Below, in pieces: positions 18,497 to 29,690 of a DNA stretch of 64,000 bases (position 1 is the stretch's first letter; every line of letters begins with the position of its first letter). The notes under the pieces are model-generated. The model worked only from the letters and a program-made list of their open reading frames with translations, did no database searches and was not told where the DNA came from. Origin of the DNA: Desulfobacterales bacterium (GTDB taxonomy: Bacteria > Desulfobacterota > Desulfobacteria > Desulfobacterales > UBA2174). Where the stretch lies: positions 672,001-736,000 of the forward strand of contig CAXXWC010000021.1 of NCBI GenBank assembly GCA_963668645.2, in the 5' to 3' direction. A program made the position numbers and the translations under genes.

Positions 18497-19552
18497 ATGA
18501 AGTTACGCAACCTCGGGTTCGACCAATGGTTTGAAGCCCATGCCACCGAATTGCGCCGGGAAGGGTGCAGTTTTGCCCGCATATCCGCAGTCGACCGCGG
18601 CGCATACCTTATAGTCAACGAATCCAGGGAGGTCCCGGCCGAGCTGACCGGAAAGCTCTCTTATCAGATTGATAGCCCCGCCGACCTGCCATGCGTCGGA
18701 GATTGGGTGACGGCCCAATATTACGATAATGACACCGCCGCCATCATCCACCGGGTCTTTCCGCGAAAGACGTTCCTACGGCGCAAGACTGCCGGTGAAA
18801 ACGTCGACTACCAGATGATTGCAGCCAACATAGATGCCGCTTTTATCGTCCAATCATGCCATTTTGACTTCAATCCACGGCGATTGGACCGATACCTGGT
18901 AATGGTAACAGACGGACATGTTGAACCGATTGTCATCCTCACCAAGACGGACTTGATTACCCGGGAGGAACTGGATCAGAAAATCGCGATCGTCAGCACT
19001 GCCACCAAAGCCAGGGTTCTGGCCCTGAGCAATATCACCGGTATCGGGCTTGACCGGTTTCGCCAGGCCCTTTCACCCGGCAAAACCTACTGCCTGCTCG
19101 GTTCATCGGGTGTCGGCAAGACGACGCTCATCAATCGCCTCATAGGTCAGGAAGCCTTCGTCACAAAAGCCGTCAGCGATACAGGAGAAGGCACCCATAC
19201 GACGTCACGCCGGCAGCTCACCGTTCTCGGCCAGGGTACAATGCTGGTTGACACCCCCGGGATGCGCGAGCTGGGCATCATCGGCGCCGGCGAGGCGGTC
19301 AACACGGGTTTCGAAGAAGTTGCCGAGCTTTCCGCAAATTGTCGCTACGCAGATTGCAGCCACCAACACGAACCCGGCTGCGCTGTCCGCACCGCGGTCG
19401 AAAATGGTGAACTGTCTGAAGACAGATATTACAGCTATATCAAGCTCAAGAAAGAATCAAATTACTACGGGATGTCCTACCTGGACAAACGGAAAAAAGA
19501 CAAAGCCTTCGGACGATTTATCAAATCGGTAAAAAGGGAGATGCTGGACTGA
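18497..19552 (+). CDS. rsgA: Ribosome small subunit-dependent GTPase A
   Basis: VGDWV, IAANID, TKTDL, GSSGVGKTT, HTT, DTPGMRE, CRYADCSHQHEPGC. Confidence 0.93.
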   Translation: MKLRNLGFDQWFEAHATELRREGCSFARISAVDRGAYLIVNESREVPAELTGKLSYQIDSPADLPCVGDWVTAQYYDNDTAAIIHRVFPRKTFLRRKTAGENVDYQMIAANIDAAFIVQSCHFDFNPRRLDRYLVMVTDGHVEPIVILTKTDLITREELDQKIAIVSTATKARVLALSNITGIGLDRFRQALSPGKTYCLLGSSGVGKTTLINRLIGQEAFVTKAVSDTGEGTHTTSRRQLTVLGQGTMLVDTPGMRELGIIGAGEAVNTGFEEVAELSANCRYADCSHQHEPGCAVRTAVENGELSEDRYYSYIKLKKESNYYGMSYLDKRKKDKAFGRFIKSVKREMLD

Positions 19553-19773
19553 ATCCGAAAAGAAAGATTTTACTGGTACCGCCTTGACGCCCTTTTTCCA
19601 GATCCTCGTGTCGACGCAGATGCCTGCGCGAAGTCATGAACGGATAGCCTGCTCCGGCATGTGGCATGTTCCAAGCCTTCGACTGGCTGCGGCCGATGAG
19701 TCCCAATGCCGGGCAGCTCGAATGAGCTTGAAGTTAGCAGGATAAGTCGAGAGTCAAACCATAAACGGCATAG

Positions 19774-20775
<1,002 letters not shown>

Positions 20776-20786
20776 GAGGAAAAGAA

Positions 20787-21296
20787 ATGGCGATCCGACC
20801 GATTCTGTTGCTCGGCAATCCCCGGCTCTATGAAAAAAGCAGGCCCGTACTCGCGCAAGAGATGGAGGCACTGCAAGCCGTGGTGGCGGATCTGCACGAC
20901 ACGCTTATCGGCTTTCGCGAACGATACGGGGTCGGCAGGGCGATCGCCGCACCGCAGATCGGGGTGATGAAGCGCCTTGTCTACATGTCCATTGACGGCG
21001 TTTCAACGGTCTTTATCAATCCCCGACTTGAGGATAAGAGTGAGCAGATGATGGAAGTGTGGGACGACTGTATGTCTTTTCCGGATCTGGTGGTTAAGGT
21101 AAAGCGCCACGCGTCATGCCGTATCCGATACCGGAATCAGGATTGGAAAGACGAATCAATGCACCTTCATGGTGACTTGTCGGAACTGCTCCAGCACGAA
21201 TACGATCACCTTGATGGGATCCTGGCTGTCACCAGGGCCATTGACGACCGGTCCTTTGCCTTAAAGAGCCAGAAAACTTTGGTCCCCCATGGATAG
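20787..21296 (+). CDS. def: Peptide deformylase (variant motifs)
   Basis: GRAIAAPQIG, DDCMSFP, QHEYDHLDG; AGGAGG RBS. Confidence 0.85.
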   Translation: MAIRPILLLGNPRLYEKSRPVLAQEMEALQAVVADLHDTLIGFRERYGVGRAIAAPQIGVMKRLVYMSIDGVSTVFINPRLEDKSEQMMEVWDDCMSFPDLVVKVKRHASCRIRYRNQDWKDESMHLHGDLSELLQHEYDHLDGILAVTRAIDDRSFALKSQKTLVPHG

Positions 21297-21338
21297 ACGG
21301 CTTCTGTTTTGGCGCATACAAATGATATTGAGCCTTGA

Positions 21339-22517
21339 TCAGATTACCCCCCCGGCTTTCAAGGCGGCGATCCGAGCAGCATCAAGACCCAGGTTCAAAA
21401 GCACCTCCTCGGTGTGTTCGCCCAGCGCCGGGGCGGGAAGGCGCAGCCGGCACGGCCTGTTGGTCAGCTTGACCGGAAAACCGGTCATCTTTACTTTTCC
21501 GCAATCGGGCTGTTCCGTCTCAAGAACCATCTGCTGATGCAACACCTGAGGATCGGAAAAGACCTCCGCCAGGTTTTGAATTAACCCGCAAGGAACGCCG
21601 TGGGCATTGAGGCGCTCGATCCAGTAAGCCTTGGGCCGGGTGCAGGTCTTTTCCTCGATCAGGGCATTGATCTCGGATCGGTGCCGCATCCGGCTCTCAT
21701 TGGTCACGAATCTCGGATCCTGGCCAAGATGTTCCAAACCCAATGCTTCGAGCAAACGCGCGTATATGATATCGTTGCTCGGCGCAATGGCCACATCGCC
21801 GTCCTGGGCTTTGAAGATGCCATAAGGGGCCACGATGGGATGATCGTTTCCCGAACGCTCGGGCAATTTTTCCGTGGCCAGGTAATTGGCGCTCATGTAA
21901 GAAAAAAAGCTGATAATACCGTCCATCATCGCCGTTTGGACCTGCTCCCCACCACCGCTACGGATCCGCCCCACAAGGGAGCACACGATCCCGAAGGCGG
22001 AATAAAGTCCGGCGATCAGATCTGTAATGGGCAGCGGATCGCGCAGGGGCCGCTGCCCCGGTTCGCCGTTCAGGCTCATAAACCCGCTCATGGCTTGGGC
22101 GATGAAATCGAAGGCCGGACGCTGGGCATAGGGCCCGTCCGGGCCGAACCCGGTGATGGCGCTGTAAATAAGCTCCGGATTGATCTGCTGCAACCGTTCC
22201 CGTCCGAAGCCCATCTTATCCATGACACCCGGGCGGAAGTTTTCCACCACGACGTCCGCCCTTTTCAACAAGCCGGCAAGGACTTGTTTGCCCTCGTCTT
22301 TTCTCAGATTCAGGCAAACCGACTTCTTGTTGCGGTTGAACAGGGCGTAATACCAACTCAGGCCATTCTTGACGGCGCCTTGGGCGCGCAACGGATCGCC
22401 GCTTGCAGGGGATTCGATTTTAATCACCTCGGCGCCCATGTCCCCCAAAAGCGCTGTACAAAAAGGCCCGGAAATGATCCGCGTAAGGTCGACGACGACA
22501 ATTCCCTTCAACGGCAT
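21339..22517 (-). CDS. Family III CoA-transferase (CaiB/BaiF)
   Basis: VVDLTRIISGPFCT, NRNKKS, ADVVVENFRPG, QAMSG, APALGEHT. Confidence 0.93.
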   Translation of the reverse strand: MPLKGIVVVDLTRIISGPFCTALLGDMGAEVIKIESPASGDPLRAQGAVKNGLSWYYALFNRNKKSVCLNLRKDEGKQVLAGLLKRADVVVENFRPGVMDKMGFGRERLQQINPELIYSAITGFGPDGPYAQRPAFDFIAQAMSGFMSLNGEPGQRPLRDPLPITDLIAGLYSAFGIVCSLVGRIRSGGGEQVQTAMMDGIISFFSYMSANYLATEKLPERSGNDHPIVAPYGIFKAQDGDVAIAPSNDIIYARLLEALGLEHLGQDPRFVTNESRMRHRSEINALIEEKTCTRPKAYWIERLNAHGVPCGLIQNLAEVFSDPQVLHQQMVLETEQPDCGKVKMTGFPVKLTNRPCRLRLPAPALGEHTEEVLLNLGLDAARIAALKAGGVI

Positions 22518-22549
22518 AGAACCACTCCTTTTGAATCAAGCCAAGAATC

Positions 22550-23827
22550 CTACATCAAGCTCGGAAGCCAGGTGGTAAACGGCGGGAAAAAGGTCACTAA
22601 CGCCAACACAGCCAGGGCCATGAGCAAAAAAGGGAGCACTTCGCGCACCAGCGGCGCCATCCTCAAATTGCCGATGGCGGCCACAACGAACAGCAAAAAG
22701 CCCACCGGAGGCGTCAGCATACCGATCATCAGGTTCAACACCATCACCGTTCCGAAGTGAATGGGGTCGAGTCCCAGCTCACGGCCGATGGGAATCAGGG
22801 CGGGAACGAAGATGATAAGGGCGGGCAGCGGCTCCAAAAGGCAACCCACGACCAGAAGCAACACATTGATCAGCAAAAGCAAAATCCAGGGGTTGCGCGT
22901 CAGGCTGAACAAAAACTCGCTCAACACATAGTTGATCCTGGATTCGGCCAGAAGCCAGGCGAAAATTCCGGCTGCGGCCAAAAGGATCATAATCACGCCG
23001 CTGGTGATCCCGGCCTGGAAAAAGACTTCCGGAAGATCCCGCAGCTTGATTTCGCGGTAAACGAAAAAGCCCACCAACAGTGCATAAACCACGGCGGTGG
23101 TGGCCGCTTCGGTGACCGTGACGAAGCCGAAAACGATTCCGCCCAGAACGATGACCGGCATCATCAGGGCCCACGAGGCGCTGTAAAAGGCCCTCAGCCG
23201 CTCGGCCCACGACGCCCTCGGCTGGCGGGGATAATTGCGCCTGCGGGCCAGGCACCAGCACAGCAACAAGAACCCCCCGCCGAGAACCAGCCCCGGCAAA
23301 AGGCTCGCCATGAACAGCTTGCCGATGGAAGCGTTGCCCAGAACCCCGTAAATCACCATGGGAATCGACGGGGGAATGATGGGGCCGATGGTTGCCGCGG
23401 CCGCAACCACGGCGCCGGCGTAATGCGGGTCGTAGCCCTCTTCTTTCATGGCAGGAATCAGGATCGAACCGGTGGCGGAGGCATCGGCCACCCCTGAGCC
23501 GGAAACCCCGGCCATGATCATATTGGTGATCACCGCAACCTGGCTCAGGCTGCCTTTTATGTGCCCGATAAATGCCAGGCTGAAGGTTACCAGACGGCCG
23601 GTGATGCCGCCTTTGTTCATCAACTCCCCGGCCAGCACGAACAACGGGATGGCGACCAGCGAAAAAACATCCACCCCGCCGATCATCCGCAGCGGGATGA
23701 TGTTGGCATCGACCACCCGGGTGGTCTTGACCACAATGCCAAGGTAGGAGGCCAGCACCATGGAGAAGGCCACATCCATCCCGAGCAACATCAATACGAT
23801 GAAAGCGGCGAACAAAAAAGCGACCAA
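22550..23827 (-). CDS. dctM: TRAP transporter large permease
   Basis: LVAIPLFVLAGELM, SGSGVAD, IIPPSIP, TPPVG. Confidence 0.93.
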   Translation of the reverse strand: MVAFLFAAFIVLMLLGMDVAFSMVLASYLGIVVKTTRVVDANIIPLRMIGGVDVFSLVAIPLFVLAGELMNKGGITGRLVTFSLAFIGHIKGSLSQVAVITNMIMAGVSGSGVADASATGSILIPAMKEEGYDPHYAGAVVAAAATIGPIIPPSIPMVIYGVLGNASIGKLFMASLLPGLVLGGGFLLLCWCLARRRNYPRQPRASWAERLRAFYSASWALMMPVIVLGGIVFGFVTVTEAATTAVVYALLVGFFVYREIKLRDLPEVFFQAGITSGVIMILLAAAGIFAWLLAESRINYVLSEFLFSLTRNPWILLLLINVLLLVVGCLLEPLPALIIFVPALIPIGRELGLDPIHFGTVMVLNLMIGMLTPPVGFLLFVVAAIGNLRMAPLVREVLPFLLMALAVLALVTFFPPFTTWLPSLM

Positions 23828-23839
23828 TGTCAGGCCTCC

Positions 23840-24334
23840 TCAGGCATGCGAAGACCCGCCGGCCCTGCGACATAATTTGCCACAGAGGCGCACCAGGACG
23901 AAAAAGGCCATCAAGACCGAGCCGGCGACCTGGGCGCCAAACATCACCTGGTAGCTAAAGGGGGTTCCCACGATACTCTGGAAAGCGCCGACCTTGTATA
24001 CTTCGCAGCCTTTCACTGTGAGCACCCCGAGCAAATAGACCAGAACGATGTCGAAAAAAACGGACAAAAAACGCCGCACGGCCGCCGGAAACATCTGTTC
24101 AAAGGTGTCGATGCGAACATTTTTATCCATCAGCGTGGCCACCGCCGCCCCCATGAAGGTCAGCCAAACCAGAACGATGCGGGCGTATTGATCCGTCGCC
24201 GTAAACGGATTTTGCATGACGTACCGCGCCACGACCTGAACAAATGTCAGACCCACCAGGCCCACCATCAGCAGGATGATATACCAGCGCAACACGGCCC
24301 TTACCCAAGCGGCGACGCGATCAAGAACTGTCAT
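23840..24334 (-). CDS. dctQ: TRAP transporter small permease
   Basis: Four TM segments, QVVARY, VWLTFMGA; lies between dctP and dctM. Confidence 0.88.
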   Translation of the reverse strand: MTVLDRVAAWVRAVLRWYIILLMVGLVGLTFVQVVARYVMQNPFTATDQYARIVLVWLTFMGAAVATLMDKNVRIDTFEQMFPAAVRRFLSVFFDIVLVYLLGVLTVKGCEVYKVGAFQSIVGTPFSYQVMFGAQVAGSVLMAFFVLVRLCGKLCRRAGGSSHA

Positions 24335-24367
24335 ACGGCTACACCTCCGCCAATCGACAGGAACCGA

Positions 24368-25369
24368 TTACTGCTGCATGGCCCGGATCTTTTCAACCAG
24401 GCCGGCCGGCCACAGTTTGCCCTCCAGGGGCTTGTGGGCATCTTTCAATACGGCCTTGAAAGCCTCGATATCGGGCACCGTGTATGTACCGCCGGATTCC
24501 TTGATGATCTGGATGGCATCCTGGTCCAGTTTGGCCGTCAGCGCCGTGGTCAGTTCGCCCGCCTCTTTGGCGGCATCCTTGAAAATGATGCGGTCCTGAT
24601 TACTCAGGCTTTTCCAGACATTCTCGCTGATAAACCACCCGGTCACCTCAAAGGAATGATCGGTGGCCGACCAGTACTTGGCCACTTCATGAAACTTAAG
24701 CGGAATGGCCAGATCGAAACCATTGTCCTGGCCTTCGATGACGTCCTGCTTGAGCCCCATGTAAATCTCGGTCATGGGCAACGGGGTGCACTTGACGCCG
24801 AGGGCCCTGAAGGTGTTCAAAAATACGTCCATCCCCGGAATGCGTAATTTCATCCCCTTCAAGTCGGCTGGTTTGACGATGGGGCCTTTGGTGGTTTGGA
24901 TGGCGCGCGGGGAACGGGCACCGAAGGCACCGAAGATGCGCACACCCGTGCTCGCCGCCAAGTCGTCATAGATGGCGCCGAAGATGGGATCATTGAGAAT
25001 CCTCATCGCCTCCTGCTTATTGTTGAACAGGTAGGGGACATACATGACGTGCATGGCTTGGGCTTTTTCTTTCAGGTAGAGGGCCGAACCGAGCCCGAAA
25101 TAGCCCATATCGATGTTGCCCAGCTGCATCCCGGCAAAAGTCTGGGGGATGTTGCCCAACTGGCCGTCGGCGTAAGTGAGCACTTCGATCTGGCCGCCGG
25201 TTTTATCCTTGACGATGGCCGCAAACTTCTGCATGGCCAGATGCCAGTTGCTGCCGGTGGCTGAGATGGTGTTCATCTTGAGCTGACGCGTTTCCGCCCG
25301 CCCCACTCCGGCCGCCGCAAGGACAACGACAGCCGCCACTGCCAACAGAACCATCGTTCGTTTTCCCAT
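24368..25369 (-). CDS. dctP: TRAP substrate-binding protein
   Basis: Signal peptide, DLKGMKLRIPG (conserved Arg), EIYMGLKQDVIEGQDN. Confidence 0.92.
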   Translation of the reverse strand: MGKRTMVLLAVAAVVVLAAAGVGRAETRQLKMNTISATGSNWHLAMQKFAAIVKDKTGGQIEVLTYADGQLGNIPQTFAGMQLGNIDMGYFGLGSALYLKEKAQAMHVMYVPYLFNNKQEAMRILNDPIFGAIYDDLAASTGVRIFGAFGARSPRAIQTTKGPIVKPADLKGMKLRIPGMDVFLNTFRALGVKCTPLPMTEIYMGLKQDVIEGQDNGFDLAIPLKFHEVAKYWSATDHSFEVTGWFISENVWKSLSNQDRIIFKDAAKEAGELTTALTAKLDQDAIQIIKESGGTYTVPDIEAFKAVLKDAHKPLEGKLWPAGLVEKIRAMQQ

Positions 25370-25443
25370 TTGCTTTCACCCTTCTCTTTTAAGGTAGCAT
25401 GATGATGTTATCTTTTTGCCGAAGGTGCGGCCGGGGCGGCCGA

Positions 25444-26388
25444 TCACGGGTCCGGCGGCGACGTACAGGCGCCCGCAAGCGGATACCGCTTCAGACGCGC
25501 TCCGGCTTTCATAACCTGTCCGGGCAAGGTGCGCCCGATCACGCGCTCCACGTGACCGGCCGCGGCGATGAGCTTTTCCAGATCGACGCCGGTTTGGATG
25601 CCCAGTTCGTGGAGCAGATAGACGAGGTCCTCGGTGGCGATGTTGCCCGTGGCCCCGGGTGCAAAAGGGCATCCGCCGAGTCCTGCCACGGAAGATTCAA
25701 ACCGGTCCATCCCGATTTGCAGGGCCTGGTAGACATTTACCAGGCCGATGCCCCGGGTGTTATGAAAGTGCAAAGAGATTTTCAGTTTCGGAAACACGCT
25801 TCGCAGATGGCTGCACAAGTCGCGCACCACCGGCGGGGTGGCCATCCCGGTGGTGTCCCCCAGAGTAACGGAACCGATACCCAGTTTCGTCATGCGCTCG
25901 ATGATGTTCGAGACCTGCTCTTTTCTGACTTGCCCCTCGAAAGGGCACCCGAAGGCCACGGCAACCGCACCGTGCAGCGCCGCGCCGGCCTCTTGGGCAA
26001 TGCGGGCGACCTCATCGAAACCGTCGAGGGATTCCGCGATGGTCCGGCGCACATTGCTCCGGTTGTGGCTCTCCGAGGCCGAGACAAAAACCACCATTTC
26101 ATCTACCCCGGCCAGAGCGGCGTTCTGGGCCCCCACGGGATTGGGCACCAGGGCGGACAACTTCAACCCTGCCACGCGCTCTACGCCCTTTGCCACCAGA
26201 ACCGCATCCTTCATCTGCGGCACGGCTTTGGGCGAAACGAAGGATGTCACTTCCATCCGCCGGAGACCGGATTCGATCAGCCGGTTGGCGATATCGATCT
26301 TGACATCGGTGGGGATGAAGGTCTTTTCCATCTGGAACCCGTCCCTGGGTCCGACTTCCACCACGGTGGCTTTGGCAGGCAAAGTCAT
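25444..26388 (-). CDS. Hydroxymethylglutaryl-CoA lyase family protein
   Basis: EVGPRDGFQ, FGCPFEG, LHFHNTRG, GLGGCPFAPGATGN. Confidence 0.92.
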   Translation of the reverse strand: MTLPAKATVVEVGPRDGFQMEKTFIPTDVKIDIANRLIESGLRRMEVTSFVSPKAVPQMKDAVLVAKGVERVAGLKLSALVPNPVGAQNAALAGVDEMVVFVSASESHNRSNVRRTIAESLDGFDEVARIAQEAGAALHGAVAVAFGCPFEGQVRKEQVSNIIERMTKLGIGSVTLGDTTGMATPPVVRDLCSHLRSVFPKLKISLHFHNTRGIGLVNVYQALQIGMDRFESSVAGLGGCPFAPGATGNIATEDLVYLLHELGIQTGVDLEKLIAAAGHVERVIGRTLPGQVMKAGARLKRYPLAGACTSPPDP

Positions 26389-27149
26389 GAGCGGCCGGCC
26401 TCCATCGGTTCCGGGATACATGCCTTGGCGGCAATGGACGGTTCGTGAAAGGGAATGATGATATCGGCCATCTCCTTGACGCGCATCATACTGTCGTAGG
26501 CCTGCACCATATCGGTATGAATGCCGGAGGGAATAACCAGCGGTGTTGCGGCACCTTTCCAGGCCGGGCTGGATTGGGGTGAAAAACTTTCCGCCAGGCA
26601 GCAAAAACCGGTTATCACGGCAAGCCCGGCGCCAGTCTCGACTGCAACCGACTGGGTACCCGGGGTATGCCCGGGGGTAAACAGGAGGCGCACACCGGGA
26701 GCCAGATCCACGTCCCCTTGAATCGTCTCAAAATTCAGGTTTTCAAAAAGATGCCGCTGATAAGCGCCGGCCATCATGGGATGGGGATTGAGGGCAAAAT
26801 CGAGTTCCGCCTGCTGAACGATGAATCTGGCCCCGGGCAACAGGTTCGAGTTGGCGCAATGGTCATACATTAAATGGGTATGAACCACGGTTCGAACATC
26901 ACGGGGGGTCAAGCCCACCTTGGCCAGGGCCGCGTCAAAGTCCATCACCGGACGGACCGGCTCGCTGCGCAACGCTCCCATCACCTCGGCCGAGCCGCTG
27001 GTATCCACCAGAATGGGCTCCCGGCCTCCGAGAATTACGAAAAAAGGCGACGGAATCCACAGTTGGCGGCCATAGTTTCGCAGATACGTCAAACGGCCGG
27101 CCTCTGCGGCCAGTTCAGCCGTAACTAGGGGGTGAATCGTTAGGGGCAT
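26385..27149 (-). CDS. Metallo-beta-lactamase-fold lactonase-like hydrolase
   Basis: ILVDTS, HTHLMYDH, TPGHTPG, IIPFHE. Confidence 0.85.
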   Translation of the reverse strand: MPLTIHPLVTAELAAEAGRLTYLRNYGRQLWIPSPFFVILGGREPILVDTSGSAEVMGALRSEPVRPVMDFDAALAKVGLTPRDVRTVVHTHLMYDHCANSNLLPGARFIVQQAELDFALNPHPMMAGAYQRHLFENLNFETIQGDVDLAPGVRLLFTPGHTPGTQSVAVETGAGLAVITGFCCLAESFSPQSSPAWKGAATPLVIPSGIHTDMVQAYDSMMRVKEMADIIIPFHEPSIAAKACIPEPMEAGRS

Positions 27150-27161
27150 GGCAGTTTCCTC

Positions 27162-27878
27162 TTACTTTTTCGGCAGTTCCATTGTTCCCGGCTTTACGGG
27201 CAGCCCGTCGGCCAAGCCTGTTACAATGATCGAAAAAAAGTCTGATGTGTCTTGCATGCGGGCCATGACGAACTGCTTGGCAGCCGTAATGTGGCCTTTC
27301 ATCAGCTCGCCGGCCGCCTTGGCATCCCCCTGGCAAAGGGCCTCGAAGATTTCACGGTGCTGTTCGCGAGCGATTTCCAGACGCGTGGAAGAAATCAGAT
27401 TCAGGTTCTGGATCATCCAAAGGCGGTCCAACAGCCCGAGTCCGGTCTCGCAAAGGATACGGTTGCCGCTGGCCTCTAGAATCAACGAATGAAAATGACG
27501 CTCTTCTTCCACCGGCCGGCCTTTGCCCAGCCCTTCCTCATGCTTTTCGCAGCGATCCAGGCTCTGGCGAATCATCGCCAGGACCTCCCGGTCGATGCGT
27601 TCGGCCGCCTGTTGGCAGGCCAGCACCTCCAGGGCGGTTCTCAATTCGTAGATGTCCTCAAGATCCCTTAGGCTCATCGTTGGAACGCAGAAGCCTTTTT
27701 GGGCGCGCCAGCAGACCAGATGCTCCCGCTCCAGCCGGTTCAAGGCCTCACGAATGGGGGTCTGGCTCATTCCAAGGGCACCGGCCAGTTCATCCAGGCG
27801 CAGATTGGTGCCCGGCTTCAGCTGGTAGTGAATGATCCCGTCGCGGATGGTCTGATATGCTTGTTCGACAAGAGACAT
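27162..27878 (-). CDS. GntR/FCD-family transcriptional regulator
   Basis: SLVEQAYQTIRDGI...LGMSQTPIREAL; FH and EH motifs of the FCD domain. Confidence 0.92.
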   Translation of the reverse strand: MSLVEQAYQTIRDGIIHYQLKPGTNLRLDELAGALGMSQTPIREALNRLEREHLVCWRAQKGFCVPTMSLRDLEDIYELRTALEVLACQQAAERIDREVLAMIRQSLDRCEKHEEGLGKGRPVEEERHFHSLILEASGNRILCETGLGLLDRLWMIQNLNLISSTRLEIAREQHREIFEALCQGDAKAAGELMKGHITAAKQFVMARMQDTSDFFSIIVTGLADGLPVKPGTMELPKK

Positions 27879-27905
27879 GCGTGCTGTCCTATTTTTTTGG
27901 GGTTC

Positions 27906-27963
27906 GGTAATAAAAAATATTATAAATGATGTCAAGAAAAATATATTTTATAATATATGTCAA
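27906..27963 (-). promoter_or_regulatory. AT-rich promoter/operator of the GntR operon
   Basis: Two TTGACA boxes on the minus strand, one spaced 17 bp from TATTAC; palindrome ATATATT-N4-AATATAT. Confidence 0.5.
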
Positions 27964-28293
27964 TAGCTCGGCTCTGACATCTTTGCTCATGGAGCACTCG
28001 CCGCCAAAATTTTATGCGGTCACGAGCGGACCGCCCGCCCCACTTCGTCGCGAACCTTACAGATGATGTCCAGGTGCATCACAGGGCATGCGACTTGAGG
28101 CCTCTTCTGGGTTAACGCTAAAAATTAGATTAACTTGCTAATCCACTTGTGTTAGGTTACCTTTTAACCGAATTTTCGCCTTCGATGACATCAGCAATTG
28201 CCGTGAGGATACAGGTAGCGGTGCAGCTCCCCGACCCGGGCAGCCGGTTCTGGCCGAGATAATCAAGGAATTGTTGGCTTGAAAGGAGGTGCC

Positions 28294-29172
28294 GTGTACA
28301 CAGTCTGCGACAATCCGGAGTGCGGTCAACGCTACAAGATCAAACCCGAACTCTTGGGAAAGATGGCGCGTTGCAAGCGGTGCCAGAACATCTTCGAGGT
28401 TCAGGAGTATAAAGAGCCGGTCAAAATCATCGATCTTCAATGCGACGAAGATGACGATACCTGCCAGGATCAAAGCACCCAGCCCCAGACCCGCAAACGG
28501 CGATCGCCCGCCGAAGTGATGACGGAAAACATCGCCATCATCAAAGCAGAGGTAAAAGAGCTGATGCCGAGGCTCAATACCGCTCTGGATCGTGGCGACA
28601 ACGAAAGCGACACGCGCCTGCTGATCAACAAGATGCTGCAAAGGGTTCTCGGCTACAGCCTTGACGACATCAAAACCGAGCAGAAGGTGGAAGGGAAAAG
28701 AGCCGATTACGTTCTTTCCGTAAACGGGGAGGACTGCCTGATCATCGAGGCCAAGAAAATCGGCATGCCCCTCAAGCAAAACCAGATTTTCCAGGCCACC
28801 AGCTATGGCGCGCATTCCGGAATCCGTTGGGTGATCCTGACGAACGCCATCGTCTGGCAACTCTATCACCTATCGTTCGGTGAAAAGATCGAAACCGATC
28901 TGGTGTTCTCCATCGAACTGCGCGACGGCCTGGACGATGACGAGGCCTATTATTTTTACCTGCTTTCCAAAACCGGAATGGCGCGCAAGCAGCTTCTCGA
29001 CAAGCTGTGGCAGAAGATCAGCGCCCTTTGCTACGACAACATCGTCAACGCCATTTTGACCGATGACGTGATCAGCAAAATAAGGGCCACACTTTCAAAA
29101 CAGACGGGTTGCAGGATAACCAACGAGGAGCTTAGGGCATCGATTGAGAACAATATATTGCAGCTCGCTTGA
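28294..29172 (+). CDS. Zn-ribbon + type I restriction HsdR N-terminal-like (PD-(D/E)xK) nuclease domain protein
   Basis: GTG start after AAGGAGGT; CDNPEC...CKRC ribbon; NESDTR...LGY...EQ...RADY...IEAKK...QATSY...ILTNA. Confidence 0.8.
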   Translation: MYTVCDNPECGQRYKIKPELLGKMARCKRCQNIFEVQEYKEPVKIIDLQCDEDDDTCQDQSTQPQTRKRRSPAEVMTENIAIIKAEVKELMPRLNTALDRGDNESDTRLLINKMLQRVLGYSLDDIKTEQKVEGKRADYVLSVNGEDCLIIEAKKIGMPLKQNQIFQATSYGAHSGIRWVILTNAIVWQLYHLSFGEKIETDLVFSIELRDGLDDDEAYYFYLLSKTGMARKQLLDKLWQKISALCYDNIVNAILTDDVISKIRATLSKQTGCRITNEELRASIENNILQLA

Positions 29173-29250
29173 TTAAAATTTCACCTCCACGGGCGGGCCG
29201 GTGTACCAAAATACCATCGTCAGCTACCCGAAACTGGGAGGACTATTCCG

Positions 29251-29637
29251 ATGAGTATCGAACAGTCTTCAAAATGCAAAAAATGCGGGCTGGAAATATC
29301 CGCTCTATGCAATAAAGAAAGAACTCCATGTCCGGTGTGCAGCGAAACGTCAAGGGTCCATTCGGTTGAGGTGAAGGACGTCATAGTTTTTCATGACCAA
29401 ATGCGCATTAAGGGAAAGCATGGTGGGAAAGGCAAACCTTTTTTTGAGGCAAAATCAGGGGACGAATATTATTTCGCAAGAAGTGAGTGACGTCGTGTCG
29501 AAAGGATAATAGACCGAGACAACGATATATATGTGGAAATCGTGAAAAACGGAAATACTGGGGAAGTAATCAAAGAGGAAAAAGGACCACTTTCTGATCA
29601 TAAAGGTCATGGGTCGGCAAAAAAGCTGAAAACCTAA
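29251..29637 (+). pseudogene. Zn-finger hypothetical protein interrupted by an in-frame TGA
   Basis: CKKC...CPVC N-terminus; TGA at 29488-29490, after which the frame stays open (RRVERIIDRDND...PLSDHKGHGSAKK) to TAA at 29637. Confidence 0.7.
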
Positions 29638-29690
29638 AAATTCGACAAACGTTTTAATTACGAGAGCTCAAAAAGATAAAGTGTATAAAT

